In this document: in pieces, positions 1 through 11,400 of the stretch
Position numbering within the stretch: position 1 is the first letter of the stretch
How the letters are laid out: each line of letters begins with the position of its first letter
Assembly: GCF_001194135.2 (NCBI RefSeq)
Contig: NC_068993.1
Location: 61,583,896 to 61,647,895, forward strand
Reading direction: 5' to 3'
Length of the DNA: 64,000 bases
DNA from: Octopus bimaculoides
Lineage: Eukaryota
Program-made: the position numbers and the translations under genes
The notes under the pieces: generated by a model
Seen by the model: the letters and a program-made list of their open reading frames with translations, nothing else
Database searches by the model: none
Told to the model about the DNA's origin: nothing

Positions 1-633
1 AAATATAGGTGAGTGTGCGAAAGAATACATATTACATATGTTAGACAGGGTAGTCCTTTGAGGGAGACTAACGTTACATAATGAAGGAAAGCATGCATAA
101 TTTAAGTATTAGCAAATTAGATTACGAATATAAAACAACATCTGTTTGATTATAATTATGCAGATTCCAATTTCGTTTGACAAAGTCAAATGTGCATTCT
201 GTTTTGCAATTGCAACGTTTATAAATTATTATTTATTCATAAAATTAAAATTATAATTTATTTATAAAATATATAACTATTCATTAACTTAATTCTGACC
301 ACATATGCAATGGATAAATACATATTTCTATAATAGTTAATGTTTTCAAAAGTTAATTAAAGAGTAATTTCTTTAACAGTTATGCAGGATCTATTTGGTG
401 TTGCACATCAAACACAAAGCATAGAATGGATATGATACAACTTGATTGTTTGAACAAAGGGCAGCGAATCGGAGGAGTCATTAGAGTGTCGCATAGAAAG
501 CCTTTCAATATGTTTTATCTCACTGCATTCAAGTTCGAATCTCATCGAAACTAGCTGAGCAAATTCGGAGGACAAATTTCGAAATTTGAAAAAAAAAAAA
601 AAAAGAAACTCGGATTATAATGTGAAAATGGTT

Positions 634-842
634 TTTAAAATTTTGGCACAAGTCCAGCAATTTTGGGAAAGGGTGATAAGTGGATTACAGTGACCTCAGA
701 ATTCAACTGGTACTAATTTTTATCGGCTCCTAAAGGATTAGGGTCAAAGTAGATCTCGGTAGAATTTGAACTCATAACGTAAAAACGGACGAAATGCTAC
801 TAAGCATTTTGTCCAGGGTGCTAACGATTTTGTCAGCTCGCC
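634..842 (-). mobile_element. Octopus-type tRNA-derived SINE (family A)
   Basis: Reverse complement of the recurrent unit GGCGAGCTGGCAGAA..GTTAGCAC..GAGTTCAAATTC (A/B-box-like head), with tail GTGCCAAAATTT; homologous to many other copies in the window. Confidence 0.8.
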
Positions 843-1829
843 TCCTGGGGTTATGATGATATAATAATATTGTTTAAAACATTTGTTCGAGGACTAATGT
901 TTATTCTGATTTTTGGTGTGGAGAGTTATTTGTAAGTTTTAATAAAGACCTGTTACTAGGTCTAGCAGACTCATCCTGTACAGATGCACGAGAAACGCGT
1001 GACTTAATATAAGAACGGAGGGAAATTAACAAGGGACACAATCCATTTTAAAACAATAGTTGAGCGAACACCAATATGTTAGTTGCCGTCCCTTTGCGTT
1101 GAGAAAACTGAATGAAAATAAACAATAAAGTCAGATCCGTGGTTTATGTATTCTTACAAGGCGTCAAACACAACCTGGTCGTTATCCACCAACTGCATGC
1201 AAGAAATCTATTAAGGTGGCGATTGTGGTTGTTACGGAACATTTTTCATTGAAGTAGTTCAGTGAACCAAGATGGAATTGCAGTGAGAGGATACGGAATG
1301 ACTTTTATCATAAATGGAGAGAAACGAGCTGATTCGATGTATAAGGGTGGAGGTGAGGGGGTATGAAGTAGAGGAGTAGAGAGATCAGGGGTAAACACTT
1401 CAACTGGTTATAATGGTGTCAGCTGAAAAAATATAAAAATATTGAAAATCTATGTTCATTGGGAAGAAATCAAATCTTATTTAATTTATTATCACTAAAT
1501 TCAAATAGAGTGAAGTATAACGTATTTAGATAAAATAAAATAAAATAAGATAAGATAAAGTGGAGTAAATAAATAGGCTGAATAAATAAAGCAGATAAAG
1601 TAAGTATATAAATTTAATTCAACAAGAATTAAATTATATGTAATATGAGGTAAGTGAAAGCTGGAAATATAATAAGTGGTCGCTAAAGGAATTGTTATTG
1701 AAGAGGGAAGAATAAAGTAAAAGAAAATAAGGTAAGGCCAGTATATTAATTCAAGTAAGCTTATGCCATGTCACAACTATGTTTCAGTGAACACACGCAC
1801 ACACACACACATACACACACACGGATACT

Positions 1830-2010
1830 TTATGATGATGGCCGTCCACTCGTGACCGAGGAAGACCATTGCAGATCTTCGAGAACATTGTGCGCTCTAG
1901 GACTAACTTATATTTTGCATTTGCGGCTCCGTTGGTGGCTAATGAGCCCTGCTCTTGACAAGCATACACGTTATTTCCTGTCTGCATTTTCTATATGCTG
2001 CCTTCTCAAC
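1830..2010 (-). mobile_element. RTE-clade LINE 3' end fragment
   Basis: The minus strand encodes RVCLSRAGLISHQRSRKC (C-terminal zinc-finger-like end) followed by an ATGGTCTTC..GGACGGCCATCATCAT tail. Confidence 0.6.
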
Positions 2011-2351
2011 TTTTTCGTGTTTCTTCTCTTATTCAGTTTCTTTAGTTCGTTATGATATGTGATTTGCGCCTAATGAATATGTTTGAGTTTTCTCAATATA
2101 TAAAGAAAACTATTAGTAGCGCTTTGATACATACATTGTGGCCGGTAAATAAATAATATATNNNNNNNNNNNNNNNNNNNNNNNNNNNNNNNNNNNNNNN
2201 NNNNNNNNNNNNNNNNNNNNNNNNNNNNNNNNNNNNNNNNNNNNNNNNNNNNNNNNNNNNNNNNNNNNNNNNNNNNNNNNNNNNNNNNNNNNNNNNNNNN
2301 NNNNNNNNNNNNNNNNNNNNNNNNNNNNNNNNNNNNNNTATATATATATAT

Positions 2352-3310
2352 ATATTACCTGCGCTCTAATGTTGTGGAAAAATGTACGGTCACAACCTCA
2401 CGTTCCAACCAGGCTAGGATCTACATCAGAAAGACGATCGACTTCAAGCGATGCTACCTTGCACACCCGATATCCTTCTCAAATAGAACTCCTTAGTAGT
2501 CTACTTCCTTCGTCACCCACATACACCGCTTCAAGACCTACACCACACCTTATACTTTGTTTAGGTCTTTAAGTTTCAGTGGAAACCACTTTAATACAGA
2601 TTACTGCATCTTTAAATTATGTTTCCCAGAGTCGATCGTCAAACAACATCAAAAGGCGACGTCTCTATTGAATTGATTCTCTGGTGTAATCTATGCTTGA
2701 AGACATAAATTCTACAGGACCTTTGCTTATTATGTAAAATTATAAATGCTCACCGTCTTAGCTACAATTCTCTTTCACTCATTGTATCTTCTCTTACTAA
2801 CCCCAACTCCCTTTCCATCAAACTACTTTGTACCTCACCTTAATGGTTATTGACTGCTTAATTTGTCTATAAATTAATACATTGACCTTGTCTTTGAACT
2901 TCTTTTGAACTGACAACAATATTTCTTCGGCCAGCTATTAACTTTATCATTTTTATCTCTGGTTTTTGTCAAGTAATAATATCTTCACTTCGTGTCTCTC
3001 CCTAACCATTCCTTCTATTTCACTGTTTTCACCGCATCCTCCCACCCCACCACTTCTTCCCTACCCCACTTTGTTCTCTGTAAACCGTCAAATTTTTAAA
3101 CATAGCTCCATATAAATATACGTCTTAAGCCTATCTGTGTTTATCTACCTTTCTATCTTTATAACAGCTCGATAAGGATTGAACCAATAGTTAACGTTCA
3201 ATGAAGAGGCGCTGGCCTTGGATGAAGTGGCTGGAAAATACATTGATAAAAACTACTAAATCATGGCAGGGATATTAAATTTATTTCGCCATTTCTCAAG
3301 CTGATGATGC
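2352..3310 (+). mobile_element. Penelope-like element: decayed GIY-YIG endonuclease plus 3' UTR/pLTR-like region
   Basis: A frame with stops reads SNVVEKCTVTT..IYIRKTIDFKRCYLAH..STSFVTHI..KLC..TSLLN..RHKF, the GIY-YIG pattern typical of PLEs. The downstream boundary is approximate. Confidence 0.7.
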
Positions 3311-3439
3311 CAATATAGCAGTTTTGCAACTCGGTACGAGGTAAGTGAAGTTTAACTTAGAGCATGTGTTTTGGAAAAGACAGAGTGCGATCAAAGGAAG
3401 ATAATCCACTGGACAGCAAAGAGGGCCTGGCTCTTACAA

Positions 3440-3842
3440 GGGCCAATTATTTCGTTCAATGTGGCCACCACCTGCAGCACGGGCAACATCAATGCGATAA
3501 GAGAAATCCTCCCAGACGCGTATCAGCATATCAAAAGCAAGTTTATTATGGAACCAAAGAACAAATTTGCTTTGCTTGAGGCGATTTTAGAAGATATTGA
3601 CACAGAAGGGAAATGGAAAAACTTTGATAAAGCATTCAACCAGACAGCCAAAGAAGTACCCAGTGGATCATGATATGCTAATATGCGTCTGGGAATTCTC
3701 TTATCGCACTGATGTTGCCCATGCTGCAGAAAATAAAAGTTGATTGTGAGTAAACCCTTATGACTTAGCTGGAGTTTTCTATTGCTTTTCCTTATTAAAA
3801 TATTGCGAAATGAAATCGGCTCATTCTTTTTGAATAACCCTG

Positions 3843-3845
<3 letters not shown>
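3440..3845. mobile_element. Tc1/mariner-derived non-autonomous remnant with inverted copies of the transposase 3' end
   Basis: Minus 3450-3535 reads DMLIRVWEDFSYRIDVARAAGGGHIE; plus 3671-3729 reads DMLICVWEFSYRTDVAHAA. A TIR-like end CATTCTTTTTGAATAACCCTGTA is followed by TA repeats. Confidence 0.7.
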
Positions 3846-3904
<59 letters not shown>

Positions 3905-4361
3905 AGTGATTAGGTTGTAAAGGGTAAGAAATACGTTGATAATGTAACAATTATCAACACACTCTAATAATACGCAAAGAGTAAACTATTATAAGATAAA
4001 TGTCAAGTGAATACATCCATTTAGATTTAATTACTATAATTAGACCGAAAGCATTATAACAACTTTCTGATTACAATGGCTAATTTAAGGTAAAGTCAGA
4101 AAACACACAGTTATTAACAATGTCTGCATTTTTAAGTGATTGTTTGTGTATACGGTTATTTGTAAATATAAACATTTACGTAAGTTCTTATTTTATAAAT
4201 ATTTCAATCTTCCATAATTTGTTTTTAACAAAGTCAGTTTAGTAGTTGACCTATTTCAAATTGAAGGGTTTATTAACTATCACATGATATTTTGATGAAC
4301 GCATATAACTGAACAACGTTTGTGCAGAGTGGATGAATGCAAGAAAGCTGCTATCTGCAAC

Positions 4362-7300
4362 ATGGAGAACACACCGAAAGATTTAACGGAAGAACTTTCT
4401 CATGAATTTGAAGGTCTGAATATTATATTTCTCTTTCATTTCATTTACTTTAATCTTATGTTTGAATGAGTTGACATATATTATTTTATGTTGCTTTTTT
4501 TTGTAAGCTGTTATATAATACCACTTGTGTGACTGATTTATTGAAATATCTAAATATCTAACAGTATTATTAACTGAGAAGACAGTTTTATAGCAATATT
4601 CTACAGTTATATAAAGGCGGTGAGCTGGCAGAAACGTTAGCACGTCGGGCGAAATGCTTAACGGTATTTCGTCTGTCTTTATGTTCTGAGCTCAAATTCC
4701 CCGAGGTCGACTTTGCTTTTCATCCTTTTAGAGTCAATAAATTAAGTACTAGTTGCGCACTGGGGTCGATCTAATCGACTGGCCTCCTCCCGCAAAATTT
4801 CAAGCCTTGTGCCTAGAGTAGAAAATAATATTCACATGTCAACTTTTTAGATTAAAAAAAAATACCCGAACAGGTTGTTCCATTGATCTGATCAACTGGA
4901 ACAATCTCATCATAATCGACAGAGTACCAGCCCCCACGTTTTTTTTCCACACACCGAATTCTATGTGTAATTAAAAGTAACGTGTGCATAAATCGAATAT
5001 GAGATAATCGACAGGATATTTTGTCTTCATTGTATACACAACATTCAGGAGTATAAAGCGCAGCTATTTCATAGACAGATCAGCCACTTAACATTCAAGG
5101 TAATTATAAAGCAATATTTTGTTGTATATTGATATCACATTCAAGGTAATGAATGTGACAGAAACAGTAAAATAGCGGACAAACTGTATTGTACTTTATT
5201 GTGTCTGGGTATATTAATTACTACTACGTTCCAACATAGCCGTGCCGTATCATATTATAGACAACTCTATACACATGCTTCAGATTGTTTCGAGGATTTG
5301 CTTTATAAACTTCTTCCAACAATTTAAAAAAATAGTTTTGCAGCATAAACACGACAGAAGAGAAGTGAATAGCATTTTCTCAAGAACACGAGCACGTATT
5401 TCTGTCTTGAAGTGACAAGTGTATAACAGAGATGGTTAGATATTTTCAGATATTTAGATATCCTCTTCTAATACCGAATCTTTCGCTCATTCTACGTGAG
5501 TGCATATGCTTTCAAGGTTCAAACGCAAGAATCAAACTATTTCTAAAGAAATCATGTATTTTATGGTCCTCCACAAACTTTCAAGAATCTTAGAGTCTTC
5601 AAAATAACCATAGAATTTCTACGTATAGTATTAGTTAGAAAATATTAATTGAAATGTGTGTGTACATATACATGTTATTTTTAATTTTAGATTTATCAGA
5701 TTCTCATATTACCGAAGAGATATTAAAGAAATGTTGTGGATATGGACCATTTCAAAAGAAACTTACTCTCTTTGTTTTAATATACGCAATATTTGACGGC
5801 TTGTCAATTTTAACTCTCGTGTTTATAAGAGAGCCTATCGCTTTCGGTTGTTATCCAACAAATTTCAATAAATCGTTGATACCACCAAATATTGCCTTAG
5901 ATGAATTCTTAGATAATATTACTGTTGAAGAGGACAAATGCTCTGTGTATGATCTGGATATAGAAGGAAGCTTTTATGCCCTTCCCACTAGCAACATGAC
6001 AAAGGGGCCATGCAGCAATGGTCGGAAGTTCTACACTAAATTTGGTCTGTCGTCTATAATGTCTGAGGTAAGTAGATCTAATTTCATTGTTTAAAAAAAA
6101 TATATTTTTAGAATTATGTGTTGTGATAATTCCAACAAAACAGTAACTTTCCCACTCAATGACTCCTGTACATATCAATGCAGAATGTCTCTTTCCTGAT
6201 TCTAATAAGATTTCAGCAAAATTAGTTCAAAAGCTTACCAAATCGAATTTGTATGTGTACCAGGAGAAAGCGGAAATTTGTAAAGTTTTGTGCTGGAACT
6301 TTTCTAACTTTAAACACAAAAGACATCACTAATAACGGGATCAAGAAAAGTTTTAATACTTCCTATGACCAAGGTAACCCCCCCCCACACAGAGTATGGA
6401 TACATATATATATAGTTTTCATGCAAAATTAAGATTGTTAAACATGGCTTTGTAATAGTGTTTAACAAGCAACTATATTACTATTGCTTATTCCCTATTA
6501 TTTTTTTCCAGTTTGATTTGGTTTGTGAAAGAGAATGGATGAACAACTTCGCAATATCTGCAATGTTTGGTGGTGTCCTAGTTGGATGTTCAGTTTTTGG
6601 TTTAGTTTCCGATAAGTAAGTTAAATTTGAATCTCCCATAATAATTTACTATGAAATTAACATATAACATTTTAGTGAAGAACTAGATTAAATTGTTAAA
6701 ATGATCGTCTAAACTTTTGATTAAAAGATATGACATTATAACCAAGCATTAACAAAAGCAACGATAGATTTGCTTTTATGAACTTTATCAAAAGTTATCA
6801 CCCCAAAGCAGGACATGATAGAAGAAAACCGAGTAAACATTCGTGTCCAGCGCATCCAAATCCGATTCAATAGACAAAAAAAATTGAAATTTGTTCCCTA
6901 AAGATCATTTTGGTATCAGTGACTTAATTCGTGTCACTCGCTGTTTCCAACGTTGGTATGTATATATTCCATCATATAAAAGCACTACGGATGGTCAATC
7001 TATTTATAAAGAACTACCAACCTTGTGGTCAATATACTGGTAGCATTGGGCAGCGAGCTGGCAGAATCGTTAGCACGCCAGACAAAATGCTTGGCGGCAT
7101 TTCGTCCGTCTTTACGTTTTGGGTTTAAAATTCCGTCGAGGTCGACTTTGCCTTTCATCCTTTCTAGTTCGATAAAACAAGTACCAGTTGCGTACTGGGG
7201 CCGATGTAATCGACTTACTCCGTCCCTCGAAATTGGTAGCCTTGAAACAAAATTTGAAACTAATATTCTGCTAGTTGTATTTGGTGAAAAGATCTAAGAA

Positions 7301-8408
7301 AAGTACTGCAGTAAACAAGATCTCGTGGCTGAAGAAAGAAGTATGTTCTTTCTTTTTTGTTACTTTTATATCTGGTTGTATACATTTTTTTCTGCTTTGA
7401 TGCTTAGATTCAGCAGATAGGTCTCGTATCAGTTCATATAGGTTGTTATTAGTTTATAGAAAACTGCATTGTAGTAAAAAAAAACCCCCAAAAACTTGGT
7501 TTTTATTTTCACTGCTACCATATGAGCAGGCATAGAAGTAAATAATGGAAAGGGAAGTTTCTTTGCAATGTGTTACATGTTTCTTTGCAGATTCCCAATC
7601 AGGATATTCTCATGTTCGTTTTTCATAACAACTGAAGTCTTTCATATTAACAAGACAAAAATAACAACCACAGTTGTTCTTTTTTGTGGCTTCCGTCACA
7701 CCCCAGGTACTCCTTTGTTTCAATTTTCCTTTACCTTTTTGTCCAGTCCTAAAGGAACTCTACATAGATCTCATATAACTTATAGAATACATATGACTTA
7801 TCTTGATGTCCAAACTTTTCTCCAAAATAAGAAAGATGTGCTCGTTTCACAACAGCCAGTGATATTCTCTCTATGATTTCCTATAGTATATTTACCACAG
7901 ATGTACTAAAATGCATTTAGATTGTTCATACAAGCTCTTCGTGATGAACTCTTATTTACTTCATTAATTTCCAGAAAATAATAAAAAGTATATTATTAAA
8001 TCTGGGCGACAATTTTAAAGTCAAGTTTGCAATAAAGATAATTAAATAATAGTGTAGAAGAGTAAAATATGTTGATAAACATCCTGCTACCTTGTCTGAT
8101 ATATATATATATATATATATATCATCATGTTGAACTGTTAATCCCTATACATATTTTTCTCTCTCCGTTTTTTATCTCTCACAATCCTTTCTGTCGAAGA
8201 CTGTAGGCTCGAAACGTCAAAGTCTTTTCCATTCTTCCTGAGCGTTAAACTAAGACACCTGCTTGTTGTTCCTTCACTTGTCTTCGTCTTATGTTTTCTG
8301 TAAATTTTAACTACATACATACATACCTATATCTATCTATCTATCTATCTATCCAGTGAATTGGATGCTTAACACACTCCTTTGAAGGATTTCTTTTCCT
8401 CAGTTTGT

Positions 8409-8440
<32 letters not shown>

Positions 8441-11400
8441 NNNNNNNNNNNNNNNNNNNNNNNNNNNNNNNNNNNNNNNNNNNNNNNNNNNNNNTATATA
8501 TATTTGTGTGTGTTTCTATGTTTCTTTTCCCTGTTTTAACCTCCTCTTCTCAAGATAAAGAATTTCTTTTATTTTTCATTCATTTACTCTATTGGAGCCA
8601 ATTTCACAACCCCTTTCTATTAATCCTCATTTCCCCTTGTTACTTCTGCTTTGCGTCTCTTATAGAAAATTAAACATCAAGAACAAAATGCAGAAGCAAT
8701 ATTTAGACCCAATGTTTCTATATTTTACAGATTCGGCCGCTTCAAAACGTTCTTAATCGGAGAAATTGTATTCATGTGTGCCCTTTTAATCAGAATACAT
8801 TCACCAAATTATGCTGTATTTGCAATTATGTACTTCATGGAAGGATTTGGCGAGGCAGGCACATATCCGATAATATATACCCTTCGTAAGTGGTTCAAAA
8901 TCCTTATATGCAAAGACGATTTGGTTTTGTTTCAGCAGATGAACGTCGATGTTGTTGGCGTATTTAGTAGCTATTGTGGTGTTTGGGGTGAAATCTTTTA
9001 TGAAGTGATTATGGATAATTTATAAAACCTTTGGTCTATCATTGTTATCGAGATTTCCAGCTGGAAAGAAGCTTTACGGACAAGGAGTGCTGACAACAGC
9101 GCTTTATTGAGACTCACGGAGACAAAACAGTTCTCTACTCTTTTATTCTGGATCCAGCTGTGTCCTTTGTAAAGACCATCCAACGGCAGATATATTTCTT
9201 CAAGTTTATCACAACGGCATGGCAAAGAATTTTGAAAGGCCAGAGGAGACAGCTTTTCTTTTGACGCAACCCCAACTCTTATGAAATTCCAAACATAACA
9301 ATTGAAAGCATAAAATTGTGGTGGTGGTAGTAGAGGAGGAGGAGGAGGAGGAGGAGGAGAAAAGTCTCCCTCACTAGTAAACTTGTTGAAATTTCGAGAA
9401 GCGAATATAGTCAATTAAATCTACAACGATCCTTGGTTGATACATAGTTTATCGATTTACTGACTCGAGAAGAAACGCCGAATAATGTAAGAATTGACCC
9501 CCAAAACTAAAGAATATTTAACACTTGCCTCTCTAAAGTAATTTTTTTCTAAACGTCCTTGCTTATTTTGAGACTTTTCGTTAGCCATTGTGAGTCATAT
9601 AAAGATGTCGTGTCATAAGTCCCAAATTTGGAATGTGTACCATTTAAGATGCATGAACGCCAAGGAAATATGTCCTATCTTTATTACATTTGATGGACAG
9701 AACAGGCAAAGGGTTAACTATCTTTCTTGTCCGACACTTTATTGATTCTGCCATCGACTGCTATGCCCTAAAAAATTATCATTTTTAATTTGATGAAAGG
9801 CCACATATTCTAACCCAAGTATGTTACCGATACTTATTCAGTTAGTCGACACAGGTATGATTTGAACTTAGAACGTTTTGAAAAAAATGCATAACCCTCA
9901 CCAAATATTTTAGAAAGCCTTCTATCGAAATTGTAAATCAGCTGCCAAATTTTGGCATAAGGCATTGAGAGGGTTGACTATCAATTAAATAGGTATCTTA
10001 TTGACTTCCGGGAAGGCGAGTGTCGATTTTGGAGGGATTAAAATTGTTGAAGTTGTAACTAAGTTCCACAAAGCTTATAATACGATGTTGCTCTACCGCA
10101 TTGCATTTATAGGCAGTTGCTCTACCGATTCTAGTATCTACACTCTTCGATGAAAGAAAAAATATGTGATAATATTTGAATTTTTACTAATGTTGTGTAA
10201 TAAACCCAAACATTTGATATTATCAAGAAATTACATTATGATACTTTTTCTCTATTGCAGTGCTAGAATGTGTAACAAAAAATTATCGAATGCCTTTGAA
10301 TTTTGTTATTCATGGATTCTTTGCTCTTGGAGAAATGCTTGTATCTGGTATGGCGTATGTGTTTCGTGAATGGAAAGATTTACTGTTTGTTACAGGTTTC
10401 CCACACATTCTGCTGTTTATTATAGCACTCATGTAGGTATACCTAAGCAGATTGTTACCTTAATCTGTTCGGATATTAAATAACCTTGATATAAGTTAGT
10501 TCAAAGTTTATTGTATAAATGTATGTAATCATATTTCTCATGTATTCAGTTAAAGGATGTCGAAATTACGTTCCGTACGAACACAGACGCACAAAGACAC
10601 ATTAGCTTGTTTTGAAACCACACACTGTTGCTTATAATTGGTTAAAGTCACACACATTTACAATTAGATCGAAAAATACTCGCACTTCACGTGCATGTAT
10701 CTGTGACAGTGAGTACAGTAAGAAAAGTATATGTAGAACCAGTTACTCATGTGTACAAATTCACACACACACACACATACACACATTTAATTACATATAA
10801 CTATATTTCCGATATATTGACATATTGAGCTATCATCTAACTCTGTATATGGAGTTGAAATGAAGAGGTGGAAAACAAACCAGTTTCTGGCAGCTAACAA
10901 CTTCACAATATTCATATCACAATACTTAGATATGCCGAATACCGTCCAAATATTTATAGCTAAATCCATTAATTTCTTTAACTTGATTATAAATTGTATT
11001 ATATTGTTATCATTCCAAACTTCATTTTTACTCCCAAAAGAAATACTAGATTATCGTCATTAAAATGTTTTTTACATTCAAAGATATCTTCCAGAATCTC
11101 CTCGATGGCAGCTTAACAAAGGAAGGTTTGAAGAAGCTGAAAAAACCTTTAACAAGATAGCAAGAACGAATAAAAGAGGCACCGTGAACACTGGGCATAT
11201 TCTTCATGAACTTCAAAGAGAATCAGAAAGTAAAATTACATTTAATGTTGAAGTAATGGAAAATATAAATGTCGAAAAGAAGGGAAAACTCAAATTAAAA
11301 AAGAAGTCCCACACAGCAATTGGTTTGTTAAAAAAACCTCGAAGAGCGATCATTTCAGCAATAATTTGGTTTAACTGGTAAATATTTTATTGTGTTACAA

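Noticed and set aside
3198-3250. Further hammerhead-like fragments (also near 27915-27958, 41218-41260, 49630-49680, 50825-50842 and 60370-60380)
   Set aside because: Each lacks an essential half of the core (CUGA or GAAA) or has no stem I pairing; too degenerate to call.
3371-3673. 100-aa ORF MEKTECDQRK..
   Set aside because: It overlaps the antisense of a mariner transposase remnant and has no recognisable domain.
9060-9330. Minus-strand ORF with GVASKEKLSPLAF, faintly like an RT motif
   Set aside because: The similarity is limited to a few residues; it may be a very old LINE fragment, but this is unsupported.
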